DNA of 64,000 nucleotides from NCBI GenBank assembly GCA_964548415.1, contig CAZJQG010000004.1, forward strand, positions 4,259 to 68,258. The letters are read 5' to 3'. This stretch comes from an uncultured Dehalococcoidales bacterium (lineage in GTDB: Bacteria > Chloroflexota > Dehalococcoidia > GIF9 > UBA5629). The position numbers and the translations under genes were made by a program. The notes under the pieces were generated by a model. The model was not told the DNA's origin. It made no database searches and saw only the letters and a program-made list of their open reading frames with translations. This document shows, in pieces, positions 25,611-36,185 of this stretch; position 1 is the stretch's first letter; the number at the start of each line of letters is the position of its first letter.

Positions 25611-27842
25611 TTAGGTCTGGGGTTGGTTTTTAGGCGGCTGTTCGGTAGGTTCTCGGCTAAAGCCTTCTTCTTCCAGTTTTTCCATAATACGGGCGGCTCT
25701 GGGGTAACCGATGCGCAGCTTTCGTTGTAAGAAAGAAGTGGATAAATATTTGTGCTCTTTAGCCAGTTGCCTGGCCGATTCCATTATCGAATCTTCACTG
25801 CTTTTTTCCGTCGAAGTCAGCTGGCTCAGGTCCTCGAACCGGACCGGTTCAGCTTCCGGCCGACGCTGATTGCCCCAGAAATAGACCACCCTCTCTGTCT
25901 CCGCATCCGAAACGAAGGTACCCTGAAGGCGTTTTGGTTTAGCCGCATCGGTCGGCATGTAGAGCATATCGCCCCGGCCCAGCAGCTTTTCGGCGCCTGC
26001 AGAATCGAGTATGGTACGCGAGTCCACCTGTGAAGTCAGAGCGAAGCTGATACGTGTGGGGAAGTTGGCTTTGATAAGGCCGGTTACCACGTCGACCGAT
26101 GGCCGCTGGGTGGCGACTATAAGATGTATACCCGTGGCGCGTGCCAGCTGTGCCAGGCGGCAGAGGGTGCGCTCAACTTCGTCGAAGGCGGTCATCATGA
26201 GGTCAGCCAGTTCATCGATTATAACCACAATGAAGGGCATAGATTCGCCCGACTGCCTGTTCTTATTGTAGCCTTCGATGTTCCGGGCTCCAACCTGAGC
26301 GAATTTCTGGTAGCGATTGTCCATTTCCTGGTTGAGCCAGCGGAGTGCCAGTACCGCCTTATCCGCGTCCACAACCACGGGAGCTATCAAGTGCGGCAGC
26401 GAATTGAAATTGACCAGCTCTACGCGCTTTGGATCTATCATTATAAACTGGACGTCGTCCGGAGTGTTGTGAATTAGCAGGCAGCAGATAGTAGAGTTGA
26501 GACAGGCCGTCTTGCCGCTGCCGGTGGCACCTGCTATAAGCAGATGTGGCATGCGGGCGAGGTCGGCGGCCACGGTTTCACCACCAGCACCCTTGCCCAT
26601 GGCGATTGCCAGTTTCGATTTGGCGCCGGCTTTCTGGAAAGAAGCTGATTCGATTACTCCGCGCAGGTTGACCAGTCCGAATGAAGTATTTGGGACTTCG
26701 ATGCCCACAATTGATTTGCCAGGCACGGGAGCTTCGATCCTGATGCTTGATGCAGCCAGAGCTAAAGCCAGGTCGCTGGCCAGCGCACTGATACGGTCGA
26801 CCTTTACTCTTGTTTTCGATATCTCCTCACTACGTACCTGAGTTTCACCGTTCTTGTCCCGCTCTCTGATCTCCTTGTATTTGCGGTCCCAGCCGGGCTC
26901 GACGCCGAACTGGGTAACCGTGGGGCCAACGTTTATCTGGACTACTTTAGCTTCGACCCCATAACTTCCCAGAGCCTCTTCGATGAGCTGAGCCCGTTTC
27001 TGGATTTCGTTCTTACTGAGCTCGACCTCGGTAGGCTCATCAAGTATGCTGATTGGTGGTAGCTGCCAACCTCCAGCTGTGACCACGGGCTGCCGTTTCC
27101 CGGGTTCCCAGGCTTCATGTTTTGGCGCCTCTGCAGCTTTGGGCGCATTTATTATCGGAGCAGGTTCGGGCACCGGTTCTCTAACGCTCGGTTCAGGCTT
27201 ACTGTACTCGATTTCCCTGGGCGTTTGTTCCGCTTCTACCTTGGGCGGGCGCTGGAAGGTTCGTTTGATAGCCTGCCCCAGGAGTAGGAAAACTTTACCT
27301 ATACTTTTGAATAGACCGCTAAGCATCCGCCATGTCCAGTGCGGCACTATTATCAAGATACCCAGAAAAACAAGGCCGATTAGCCTCAAAGCCCCAATAA
27401 AATAGTCTTCAGTGATTATGTTTTTACCTATGTCGCCGCCAAGCGAGTGATGTCCTATAACGCCGTGGCCAGGGCTTAAAAAGACTAGTATACCCCAGGC
27501 AGCGACGGTCAGAGGAATCCCACCCAGCCACCATTTCCAGTACTTCGTGAAAATCGAGAACCGTCCGGAAGCGATCATCCAGATTATGACTCCCAGAAAT
27601 ACCGCAGTCGGGATTAAGCCCAAACCGAAAATAGACAGCAGCCCCTCCCAGGTGCCGGTCATCCAATCGGTGGCATTCGACCAGGTTTCTTCTGCCCAGC
27701 TGGATATAATTGGCCAGAACCAGACCACAAGACCAACGATTATAACGGCCAGCAACAACCGTATTACGGGACCTTGCCAGTTGGTTTTTTTCTTGCCTTT
27801 GCCGCTGTCGGAGGTTTTAGTGGTTTTCTTTTTCTTAGCCAT
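25611..27842 (-). CDS. ftsK: DNA translocase FtsK
   Basis: The N-terminal TM helices are followed by the motor domain (HLLIAGATGSGKTACLN, VVIIDELADLMM, HLIVATQRPSVDV) and a C-terminal gamma wHTH (LLQRKLRIGYPRAARIMEKLE). Confidence 0.9.
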   Translation of the reverse strand: MAKKKKTTKTSDSGKGKKKTNWQGPVIRLLLAVIIVGLVVWFWPIISSWAEETWSNATDWMTGTWEGLLSIFGLGLIPTAVFLGVIIWMIASGRFSIFTKYWKWWLGGIPLTVAAWGILVFLSPGHGVIGHHSLGGDIGKNIITEDYFIGALRLIGLVFLGILIIVPHWTWRMLSGLFKSIGKVFLLLGQAIKRTFQRPPKVEAEQTPREIEYSKPEPSVREPVPEPAPIINAPKAAEAPKHEAWEPGKRQPVVTAGGWQLPPISILDEPTEVELSKNEIQKRAQLIEEALGSYGVEAKVVQINVGPTVTQFGVEPGWDRKYKEIRERDKNGETQVRSEEISKTRVKVDRISALASDLALALAASSIRIEAPVPGKSIVGIEVPNTSFGLVNLRGVIESASFQKAGAKSKLAIAMGKGAGGETVAADLARMPHLLIAGATGSGKTACLNSTICCLLIHNTPDDVQFIMIDPKRVELVNFNSLPHLIAPVVVDADKAVLALRWLNQEMDNRYQKFAQVGARNIEGYNKNRQSGESMPFIVVIIDELADLMMTAFDEVERTLCRLAQLARATGIHLIVATQRPSVDVVTGLIKANFPTRISFALTSQVDSRTILDSAGAEKLLGRGDMLYMPTDAAKPKRLQGTFVSDAETERVVYFWGNQRRPEAEPVRFEDLSQLTSTEKSSEDSIMESARQLAKEHKYLSTSFLQRKLRIGYPRAARIMEKLEEEGFSREPTEQPPKNQPQT

Positions 27843-27855
27843 AGTTCGATAAAAT

Positions 27856-29514
27856 TTATACTTCTAAGGCGGTTGTTAGAATCATAGGACGGCGCCGTGT
27901 TTGCTCGAAAAAGAACTTACCTAAAGTATCTTTAACCTTGGTATTTATGTAGCTCGATTCCAGTGGAAGCCCGCCGCTGTGGTCGAGAGCGGTTTTTACC
28001 AGGTCACGTCCCTGCTCCAGTATTATTTCACCTTCTTTCATGTCCACGAAACCCCTGGATACGATATCCGGCCGGCCAACAATCTTGCCTTTCTCTTTAT
28101 CGATAGCTACGATTACTACTACAATACCATCCCGGGACAGCAACTTGCGGTCGCGCAGAATAACGTTGGCCAGGTCTCCCATGACCAGTCCGTCAACGTA
28201 TACGTTACCTGTGGGCAGTTTGGTCGTTATCCTGCCCTTTTCGCGGTCCAGTTCCAGAATATTGCCGTTCTCGAGCACGAAAATGTTGTCTTCAGACATG
28301 CCCAGGCTTTTTGCCAGCTTGGCGTGAAGGCTCAAGTGGCGGTATTCGCCGTGTATCGGGACGAAGAACTTTGGCTTAACCAGACTGAGCAGTAGTTTCA
28401 ATTCTTCCTGGCTGCCATGGCCGTGCACATGCACCTGTGCTAATTTCTCATAGACCACGTTAGCACCCTGCCTGAAGAGGTTGTCTATGGTACGGTTAAC
28501 CAGCGCTTCATTGCCCGGCACCGGTGTGGCCGACATAATGACTGTGTCTCCCTGGATAATTTTGACCTGGTTGTTATCGCGATTGGCAATGCGTACCAAT
28601 GCCGATGTCGGCTCTCCCTGGCTGCCTGTAGTCAAAAGGATGATTTTATCGTGAGGAAAGTGGTGTATTTCATCGAAGTGCCGCATGATACCAGACGGAG
28701 AATTGAGATAACCGAGCTCCGTGGCGATACGCACGGTATCTCTCATGCTGCGGCCGATGATGAAAACGTGTCGGTTGTGCTTGACGGCAGCATCGATTAC
28801 CTGTTGAATGCGTGAAATAAGCGACGAAAAGGTGGTGATGATTACTCTCCCCGGTGCATCGCCTATGATGCGTGCCAACGTTTCTCCGACTACCGTCTCT
28901 GAGGGCGTGTAGCCTGGGAGCTCGGCGTAGGTTGAGTCAGCCAGAAGCAGCAGCACGCCTTCTGTTCCCAATTTGGCCAGCTTGGCTAGTTCTGTAGGTT
29001 TGCAGTCCACCGGCGTGTAGTCGATTTTAAAGTCGCCGCTGTGCACCACAATGCCTATTGGCGTATAAATAATAAATCCAAGCGAATCGGGGATACTGTG
29101 GCAGACCGCAAAAGGTTCTATCTTAAAGTTGCCCAGTGAGAATTTCACTCCTGGTTGAACCGTCTTGAGTGTGGCCTTCTTTTGATACCGGTGTTCCTTC
29201 AATTTGACCGATATCAGGCCTTTGGTAAGTTTTGTCCCGTAGACGGGCACATCGAGCTGCGGCAGTATATAAGGCAGAGCCCCGATGTGGTCCTCATGTC
29301 CGTGGGTAATGATTATGCCCCTGATTTTCTCGCGGTGTTCCAGCAGGTAGCTGATGTCGGGAATCACCAGGTCGATACCCAGCATTTCTTCTTCAGGGAA
29401 CATGAGTCCGGCGTCGATGATGACGATGTCGTTAGCGAACTCGATTGCCATCATGTTTTTACCGATTTCGCCGAGTCCGCCGAGGGGAATTATTTTTAGT
29501 TTTTGTTTGCTCAT
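27856..29514 (-). CDS. rnj: Ribonuclease J
   Basis: The metallo-beta-lactamase / beta-CASP protein begins KIIPLGGLGEIGKNMMAIEF and carries ITHGHEDHIGALPY. Its 552-aa length is typical of RNase J. Confidence 0.9.
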   Translation of the reverse strand: MSKQKLKIIPLGGLGEIGKNMMAIEFANDIVIIDAGLMFPEEEMLGIDLVIPDISYLLEHREKIRGIIITHGHEDHIGALPYILPQLDVPVYGTKLTKGLISVKLKEHRYQKKATLKTVQPGVKFSLGNFKIEPFAVCHSIPDSLGFIIYTPIGIVVHSGDFKIDYTPVDCKPTELAKLAKLGTEGVLLLLADSTYAELPGYTPSETVVGETLARIIGDAPGRVIITTFSSLISRIQQVIDAAVKHNRHVFIIGRSMRDTVRIATELGYLNSPSGIMRHFDEIHHFPHDKIILLTTGSQGEPTSALVRIANRDNNQVKIIQGDTVIMSATPVPGNEALVNRTIDNLFRQGANVVYEKLAQVHVHGHGSQEELKLLLSLVKPKFFVPIHGEYRHLSLHAKLAKSLGMSEDNIFVLENGNILELDREKGRITTKLPTGNVYVDGLVMGDLANVILRDRKLLSRDGIVVVIVAIDKEKGKIVGRPDIVSRGFVDMKEGEIILEQGRDLVKTALDHSGGLPLESSYINTKVKDTLGKFFFEQTRRRPMILTTALEV

Positions 29515-29522
29515 TTTGTAGT

Positions 29523-30119
29523 CTAGAACAGGCTTAACTGCTGCGCTTCAGCTTCATCCTGAGGTAATTTCTGAGTTTGAGCCAGTATTTGTGGGATTTT
29601 AAGCATGTCCGCCTCTATCGTCTTTCTCAAGCTTCCCTGGTGTAGAGCTGCAGCCGGGTGGTACATGGCGAAGTATATTACGTCATCCTGCTTTTTAGCT
29701 TTGCCGTGGACCTGGCTGATGCTCTGGCTGGGAAAGTATTTCGCCATGGAGTAGCGTCCCAGTGTAACGACCATCTTCGGTTTGATTAGTTCTATCTGTT
29801 GAGTCAACCATTTGCTGCAAGCTTGGATTTCACCGGGCAAGGGGTCCCTGTTTGACGGCGGACGGCATTTAATAACGTTGGCAATAAACACTTGCTCGCG
29901 TTTCAAGCCGATAGAAGCCAGCAGTTCTTCCAGAAATTTGCCGGCGGGGCCCACGAACGGGCGTCCTTGCTGGTCTTCATGCCATCCTGGTGCTTCGCCA
30001 ATGAAGAGGAGGGTAGCATCTTCGGGGCCTTCCCCGGGCACGGCCCTATTGCGGTGTTTGCCTAACTCGCAGTCCTGGCAGCGTTCGATTTCTTCGTTCA
30101 GCTCTGTAAGCGCTGACAT
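29523..30119 (-). CDS. Uracil-DNA glycosylase, family 4
   Basis: CQDCELGKHRNRAVPGEGPEDATLLFIGEAPGWHEDQQGRPFVGPAGKFL is the family-4 Fe-S UDG N-terminal signature. Confidence 0.85.
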   Translation of the reverse strand: MSALTELNEEIERCQDCELGKHRNRAVPGEGPEDATLLFIGEAPGWHEDQQGRPFVGPAGKFLEELLASIGLKREQVFIANVIKCRPPSNRDPLPGEIQACSKWLTQQIELIKPKMVVTLGRYSMAKYFPSQSISQVHGKAKKQDDVIYFAMYHPAAALHQGSLRKTIEADMLKIPQILAQTQKLPQDEAEAQQLSLF

Positions 30120-30158
30120 CTGGGAGAATCATAGCATAGCTTTTCAACGCCGGTCAAT

Positions 30159-30494
30159 TTAGACCAGCAGTACTATAATGCTGATAGCGGCCAGGCAGAG
30201 GACGGCTACTGATATGCCGATGAACAGTCTGTTTCTGTCTAATGAGAAGAACACGATTGATAGAATCACCTGTATTATGGGTATTAGCAACAGCAGAAAA
30301 ATACCGATACTTATTATTATGGCTGCGGGTATTTGCTCTAATTTAACGAACGGCTGTATGTTGCTCGAGCGCGAGATATAGATAAGTAAAATAAAGCCGA
30401 TTAAGACCAGAGTGAGCGAGATACCAATACCTACTCTGAATACAATGCTGGACCACGCTTTCAATCGGCTATTGTCAATCTTATTACTTTTCAT
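30159..30494 (-). CDS. DUF1634-like small membrane protein
   Basis: It has three TM helices and sits immediately downstream of a TauE/SafE gene, the usual DUF1634 context. Confidence 0.55.
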   Translation of the reverse strand: MKSNKIDNSRLKAWSSIVFRVGIGISLTLVLIGFILLIYISRSSNIQPFVKLEQIPAAIIISIGIFLLLLIPIIQVILSIVFFSLDRNRLFIGISVAVLCLAAISIIVLLV

Positions 30495-30497
30495 ATC

Positions 30498-31355
30498 CTA
30501 GTCTATTATCCCTACTGTTTCAAGGAACATTAACACGGAGACCATAAACAGGAAAATACCGAATATACGCCTAAGCCAGTCCCCATGGATCTTTTTGGTT
30601 AGCTGGACACCGGCACTTGAGCCGATAACCGTGCCGATTACCAGTGGGGCGATGATGAAAGGCTGCAGATTGCCGTAATGCTGATGGATAAAAGCACCGG
30701 TAGCAGCTGTAAGCGCTATCATAAAAGTACTAGTGGCTACGGCTGCTTTCATCGGCACTCCCATGACCAGATGCATTACCGGGACTTTTATGACTCCGCC
30801 GCCGACGCCAAGCAGGCTGGATAATATGCCAGCTCCAAACCCGGCTCCCATTCCGGCTGGAGTTCTATTAACATTGTAGGTGATCTTCTTGCTGAGATTT
30901 TCGTCTTCATAAGAATCTGATAGAGACCTGGATAGACGACTACCGCTTGTGTCTGGTTCAATGACAGCATTGGTATTATTTGAAGCAGAGTACATTCGGG
31001 CCACCATGGTGTAGCCGACATACAGCAGTAACAGCCCGAATAAAGCGCTGAGCACTGCAGCCGGAATGTATGCCGCCGCAAAACCGCCCACTATTGCTCC
31101 TGGAATGGTCGTTGTTTCTAGCAGCAGACCAAGCTTTATATTGGTAAATCCGGATCTGGTATAGGCCCCGGCCGCGGTGCAGGCGTTGGCCACGATGGCA
31201 ACCAGACTGCTACCCACAGCTAACTTAATAGGCAGGTGTAGTGCCAGCGTAAGAATAGGTACGATGATAAAACCACCACCTACTCCCAGCATGGAACCCA
31301 GGAGGCCGGCGATTATGCCGGTGCCACCCAACCACCAGAGATTAACTTCATTCAT
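30498..31355 (-). CDS. TauE/SafE family anion (sulfite) exporter
   Basis: It is a duplicated 4-TM protein with GxGGG motifs (LGVGGGFIIVPIL; LLGVGGGVIKVPVM). The start was taken at the internal Met (MNEVNLWW). Confidence 0.8.
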   Translation of the reverse strand: MNEVNLWWLGGTGIIAGLLGSMLGVGGGFIIVPILTLALHLPIKLAVGSSLVAIVANACTAAGAYTRSGFTNIKLGLLLETTTIPGAIVGGFAAAYIPAAVLSALFGLLLLYVGYTMVARMYSASNNTNAVIEPDTSGSRLSRSLSDSYEDENLSKKITYNVNRTPAGMGAGFGAGILSSLLGVGGGVIKVPVMHLVMGVPMKAAVATSTFMIALTAATGAFIHQHYGNLQPFIIAPLVIGTVIGSSAGVQLTKKIHGDWLRRIFGIFLFMVSVLMFLETVGIID

Positions 31356-31484
31356 AGGTGCGATTAGACATAGTAACATTCGTAGCTTCGACAGGTCAAC
31401 GCTTGCTCAATTTTCGCAATCGCGACGACCTTATTGTTGTACCGTGACATCAATGTTATACTGTCCAGTGAAAAGTCGGTCTGG

Positions 31485-32210
31485 ATGAAAAGAATCGACG
31501 GTCGTGTCAGTGACGAGCTTCGTACCATAAATATTATTTTGGGATACCAGGCGTTTGCTGAAGGCTCAGCGCTCATAGAACTGGGGCGCACCCGTGTGCT
31601 CTGCTCCGTCAGTGTGGAGGAAAGGGTCCCAAACTTTCTTAAAGGGAAGGGTACCGGCTGGGTAACCGCAGAATACGCCATGTTGCCCCGGTCGACCCTT
31701 ACACGAACTCCCAGGAACATCTCACCGGAGAGACAAGCCGGCAGAAACCAGGAAATACAACGGCTGATAGGCCGGAGCTTGAGGGCTGTTACCGACCTTA
31801 CCGTTCTCGGCGAACGGACGTTTACGGTAGACTGTGACGTGTTACAGGCGGACGGCGGCACCAGAACGGCGGCTATTACAGGCGGATATGTGGCGCTATA
31901 TACGGCGATGTACAATCTTGAGAAACAGGGAGCACTGAAGTCGATTCCGTTAAAAGGCAAGGTAGCCGCCACCAGCGTCGGCGTTCTCGGTCGGGAGGCG
32001 CTGTTGGACCTTTGCTACGAGGAAGACTTTAAAGCGGACGTGGATTTCAATGTGGTAATGACTGATAAGGGTGATTTTGTGGAACTGCAAGGAACTGCTG
32101 AGGGTAAACCGTTCCCCAAGCAGACCATAGATATACTTCTAGCACTGGCCGAGAAGGGCATTAAACAGCTATTTAAAGTTCAGAAAATGACCTTGGACGA
32201 GCTGCACTAA
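31485..32210 (+). CDS. rph: Ribonuclease PH
   Basis: [13 protein letters not shown]...[20 protein letters not shown]...[11 protein letters not shown]...[18 protein letters not shown]. Confidence 0.9.
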   Translation: MKRIDGRVSDELRTINIILGYQAFAEGSALIELGRTRVLCSVSVEERVPNFLKGKGTGWVTAEYAMLPRSTLTRTPRNISPERQAGRNQEIQRLIGRSLRAVTDLTVLGERTFTVDCDVLQADGGTRTAAITGGYVALYTAMYNLEKQGALKSIPLKGKVAATSVGVLGREALLDLCYEEDFKADVDFNVVMTDKGDFVELQGTAEGKPFPKQTIDILLALAEKGIKQLFKVQKMTLDELH

Positions 32211-33481
32211 GGTCTTACCTGCCCGTTACCGATGATAATCCACTTGTAGCTGGTTATCTCTCTCAAGGCCATTGGACCACGGGCGTGGAATTTTTGGGTG
32301 CTTATGCCGATTTCTGCGCCAAGGCCGAACTGGCCGCCGTCGGTAAATCTGGTGCTGGCGTTGGCGTAGACGCAGGCGGCATCAACTTCATTCAAAAAAC
32401 GGTCTGCGGCTGCTTTGTCCTCGGTGACGATAGCTTCGGAGTGTCCCGAGCCGTACCGTGCGATGTGCTGGATAGCTTCGTCCAGTGAATCCACGATTTT
32501 TACGGCTGCTATTAATGATAAAAATTCCTTGCCCCAATCATCAGTCTTGGCCGGCATAACTTTAAGGGCAGGGACGGGGCCGAGGATAGATAAAGCTCGC
32601 TTATCGCAGTGCATTTCCACACCGGCTTTATCCCATTCCGCGGCTATTAAGGGCAGATACTTGGGCGCAATGGCAGAGTGAACCAAAAGCGTATCCAATG
32701 CATTGCAGACAGTGGGGCGTTGTACTTTAGCGTTATAAGCGATGGCTACCGCCTTATTAACATCAGCGCTCTTGTCCACGTATGTATGACAGACACCGAT
32801 GCCGCCGGTTAGTACCGGCATGGTCGCCTTTTCGGCCACCGATTTGATTAAACCAGCGCCGCCGCGCGGTATAACCAGGTCGATGGTGTCCCTCATCTTC
32901 AGCATTTGATTAACTAGTGCCCTGTCCGTAGACTCGATAATCTGCACGGCACCTTCAGGTATACTGGCTTTATATGCGGCTTTTTGGACGATCCCCGCGA
33001 GAGCCAAGTTCGAACGGAGCGCTCCCTTACCGCCCCGCAAGATGACCGCGTTTCCCGACTTCAGGCATAGTACCGAGATGTCAACCGTGACATTAGGACG
33101 GCTTTCGTATATGGCTGCCATAACTCCCAGTGGCACACGCTTTTTGCTTATTTGAAGTCCGTTGGGCAGGATTCGCTGCTCTATTATTTCCCCAACCGGG
33201 TCGGGTAAAGCTGCCACTGTTCTGACATCGTTGGCGATGCCATTGAGCCTTTCGGAGTCTAGCATCAATCGATCAAGCAAGACGGCGCTGGTGCCCGATG
33301 CCTGACAATCTGCATAGTCCTTTGCGTTAGCGGCTAGTATTTCTTTCTCTCCAGCCTTTAGGGCATCGGCCACGTCAAGCAGGGCTTTGTTTTTTACTTC
33401 GGTCGGCAGGAAGGCCAGCCTTTTGGATGCGGCTTTAGCTGCTTTACCTTTGTCTTCGAGCTCTACGAAACCAGACTTCAT
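32207..33481 (-). CDS. proA: Gamma-glutamyl phosphate reductase
   Basis: It is aldehyde-dehydrogenase-like, with [32 protein letters not shown] and [10 protein letters not shown], and is adjacent to proB. Confidence 0.9.
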   Translation of the reverse strand: MKSGFVELEDKGKAAKAASKRLAFLPTEVKNKALLDVADALKAGEKEILAANAKDYADCQASGTSAVLLDRLMLDSERLNGIANDVRTVAALPDPVGEIIEQRILPNGLQISKKRVPLGVMAAIYESRPNVTVDISVLCLKSGNAVILRGGKGALRSNLALAGIVQKAAYKASIPEGAVQIIESTDRALVNQMLKMRDTIDLVIPRGGAGLIKSVAEKATMPVLTGGIGVCHTYVDKSADVNKAVAIAYNAKVQRPTVCNALDTLLVHSAIAPKYLPLIAAEWDKAGVEMHCDKRALSILGPVPALKVMPAKTDDWGKEFLSLIAAVKIVDSLDEAIQHIARYGSGHSEAIVTEDKAAADRFLNEVDAACVYANASTRFTDGGQFGLGAEIGISTQKFHARGPMALREITSYKWIIIGNGQVRP

Positions 33482-33500
33482 TATTGCTCCTTATTACTGC

Positions 33501-34613
33501 TTAAATCAGCACCATGTTGTTTCTATGGATTAGTTCGTCTCCATATTCGTGGCCTATTAGGCTGGAAATTTGTTCCGATCGTGCTCCCTTGATGGCTGCA
33601 ATCTCGCTGGCGTCGTAGTTGGGCATGCCGCATCCAAGACGGGTGCCTTTAGAATCGTAGATATTCACGACATCGCCGCGTTGGAACTCACCTTCTACAC
33701 CGATGACGCCGGCAGGAAGCAGACTACGGTTCTGCTTCTTCAAAGCTACAACGGCCCCATCGTCGATCGTGAGTTTGCCTTTACAAGCTAGCCCGCTTAA
33801 CATCCATCGTTTCTTGCTTTCCACCTTGCTGGTTCGAGATGGAAATATAGTGCCTATGGCTTTTCCTGCCGTGATTTGTTTTAGTACGTTTTCTTTACGA
33901 CCGTTGGCGATTGCTACGGTTACTCCGGAAGTAGTGGCGAGCTTCGCAGCTTCGAGTTTGGTTATCATGCCGCCGACACCGCAGGAACTGGAGGTATCAC
34001 CGGCAGCCCGTTCAATCTCGGCGTCTATTCTGTCGATTCTGGGGATGAGTTTAGCCTCGGGATTGCAGGTCGGGTCGGCATCGTAGAGGCCATCGATATC
34101 CGTGAGAAGCGCCAGCAAATCGGCATCAACTAAATTGGCCACCATAGCCGAAAGATTATCATTATCTCCAAACTTCAACTCACCCAATTCGTCGGTGGCC
34201 ACCACGTCATTTTCGTTTACGATACATATTACGCCAAGCTCCAGCAATGCTAGAAGCGTGTTGCGAGCATTCAGGTAACCGGCACGGTCGATTAGGTCCG
34301 ACTTAGTCAGCAGTGCCTGGGCTACAATAATCTTATGTTTACCGAAAAGTTGTTCGTAAGTGTTCATTAGCCGGCTTTGTCCGACTGAAGCCAGAACTTG
34401 CTTGAAAGGGATGTCCTTCTGTTCCCGCGCAAATCCCAGCTTCTCTCTACCGGCAGCAACGGCCCCGGAAGACACGATTATTATCTCATGGCCCTGGTGG
34501 TGGAGCTCGGCTACCTGCTCCACCAGACTTGACATAAGGTCAATATCGAGTTGGTTGCTGCCTCCAGTGAGTAAATTTGTACCGAATTTAGCTATCAGGC
34601 GATGATAACGCAT
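33501..34613 (-). CDS. proB: Glutamate 5-kinase (with C-terminal PUA domain)
   Basis: The amino-acid kinase fold is shown by IIVSSGAVAAG, FGDNDNLSAMVA and GMITKLEAAK. The PUA tail is DDGAVVALKKQNRSLLPAGV. Confidence 0.9.
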   Translation of the reverse strand: MRYHRLIAKFGTNLLTGGSNQLDIDLMSSLVEQVAELHHQGHEIIIVSSGAVAAGREKLGFAREQKDIPFKQVLASVGQSRLMNTYEQLFGKHKIIVAQALLTKSDLIDRAGYLNARNTLLALLELGVICIVNENDVVATDELGELKFGDNDNLSAMVANLVDADLLALLTDIDGLYDADPTCNPEAKLIPRIDRIDAEIERAAGDTSSSCGVGGMITKLEAAKLATTSGVTVAIANGRKENVLKQITAGKAIGTIFPSRTSKVESKKRWMLSGLACKGKLTIDDGAVVALKKQNRSLLPAGVIGVEGEFQRGDVVNIYDSKGTRLGCGMPNYDASEIAAIKGARSEQISSLIGHEYGDELIHRNNMVLI

Positions 34614-34774
34614 GGTATGTGAATTATAACGCCGCCTGAGCTTACCAACAAGTATAAGCGGTGCTAGGTAGTATATTTACGTGAGATGGCGCGGTGTATT
34701 TGTATCAATGAAGTAGCCGCTCTAATCTGGCTTAGGCACTTCTTTTTCCCGTTTCTGGTGCCGCTGTTGTCTTA

Positions 34775-36139
34775 TTATGGTTTATGATGGGCCTGGTACC
34801 ATTTCCAGCCGATAACTGACCATATTGCTAGCACAGCGATTATTCCGATAATGCTGCCTATAAGCCACCAATTAATACCATGTACGGCTGAGGCAACCAC
34901 TTCGAATTCACCTGTAAGGCCGGATATTTCCACTCGGTGTTTGCCCAGCTCGTCAGACGTCACGGTGAAATTAACTAACTTGTTATCCCCGGGTGCTACG
35001 GTTACCTGCGTGCTTGATTTGGCCGCGCCATCAATTTTGAGGTCTAAGTTGTAGTCGGAACTTATTTCACCGGTATTAGCTACTTTAACAGAGATGGTTA
35101 TTGCCTCGTTTGATTTAATTCGTGACGGATTAATAGTAAGGTCGCTAACGGTAAATTTAGCTGGTACCGCGGTCGGTTCTGCAATCTTGGCTAATACAGC
35201 ATATATAGAGAAGTGAGTCAGCAGACAATGTGCTTTGCCGATTTCTGCAACGCCCGGTCCAGGGTCTAACGCTAGCCAGCCCTCACTTTTATCATAGTTG
35301 GCAATGTAGCCTTCTATCGCGCCTGGAGGCAAAGAAGCCGGATCGTAATTCAAGATTAGACGGGCTGAGGGAGTAATAGCGATTGACGACGGCGCAGTAC
35401 TCTGTGCCGAGGAGTAAGCACTGAGTTCGTACACCGAGCTAATTATTTTAGTATTTTCAGGAACAGGTAATTCAGCGGCTGAGGTAGTGAATTTGATTGA
35501 ATATGGAACAACGTTGCCGGCAAGGGCTAGCTTGGTGCCTTTATCGAGTTCCAGCGAATTTTTACCTGATTTATCTTTGGCCAGACAGGCTTCACAAAGT
35601 ATGCCCTCAGTGGTCATACTGGCGACGGTAATATTGCCTTGAACATCGGCTGCCAGGCTCAGGGGGCAGCCAGCTAACGTCCCGGCTAGACCACCTAGAT
35701 CACCGCCTGCACCTCCACCGCCGCCACCGCTACATAGTGTTGTACCCTGCGGGTCATTAGATATGGCAGTCCACGTACCCATCGAATCGGTCGCCTTTAT
35801 GGCAAAGAAATAGGAAGTACACTGGTCTAAACCTATGACCAGAAGTGTTTCAGGCTGGCCTGGTGGCAGAGGATCTGGCGGATTTGCCAGTTGAGTAGCT
35901 GCTTGCCATTCGCTCTCGCTGGTAATCGGCAAAAGAGAGTAACGAATATCATATTTGGTGGCTGGCCCCCAATCTGGCGGGCTACTCGGTGGTGAAGTCC
36001 AGGTCAATGTCAGGCTTGTGTAGTTGAGATTGGTAGTGGCTAAGTCTATAATCCTGTTATTTATGATGGTTACACTGGCCTGAACTTCTGTATTATCGGC
36101 GTTAACTATACCGGGTATTATCCATAGCAACAGAGCCAA
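34775..36139 (-). CDS. Cell-surface protein: FN3-like domain, poly-Gly linker, conserved ~330-aa C-terminal module (Cys-containing domain plus CARDB-like domain plus TM anchor)
   Basis: The FN3-like block is LTLTWTSPPS...YDIRY. GGGGGGAGG is followed by CPLSL...ILCEACLAKD. The CARDB-like block is VANTGEISSDYNLDLKIDG...GKHRVEI. The C-terminus is INWWLIGSIIGIIAVLAIW plus a basic tail. The start is uncertain (TTG at 36139; the frame stays open further upstream). Confidence 0.75.
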   Translation of the reverse strand: MALLLWIIPGIVNADNTEVQASVTIINNRIIDLATTNLNYTSLTLTWTSPPSSPPDWGPATKYDIRYSLLPITSESEWQAATQLANPPDPLPPGQPETLLVIGLDQCTSYFFAIKATDSMGTWTAISNDPQGTTLCSGGGGGGAGGDLGGLAGTLAGCPLSLAADVQGNITVASMTTEGILCEACLAKDKSGKNSLELDKGTKLALAGNVVPYSIKFTTSAAELPVPENTKIISSVYELSAYSSAQSTAPSSIAITPSARLILNYDPASLPPGAIEGYIANYDKSEGWLALDPGPGVAEIGKAHCLLTHFSIYAVLAKIAEPTAVPAKFTVSDLTINPSRIKSNEAITISVKVANTGEISSDYNLDLKIDGAAKSSTQVTVAPGDNKLVNFTVTSDELGKHRVEISGLTGEFEVVASAVHGINWWLIGSIIGIIAVLAIWSVIGWKWYQAHHKP

Positions 36140-36185
36140 CAGAATAACTGTTAGCTTCAGTGTATCCGTTAATTTTAATACTCGT

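Noticed and set aside
32207-32210. The overlapping convergent stop codons of rph and proA as a regulatory feature.
   Set aside because: A 4-nt overlap of convergent 3' ends is common in compact genomes. I could see no hairpin or other signal.
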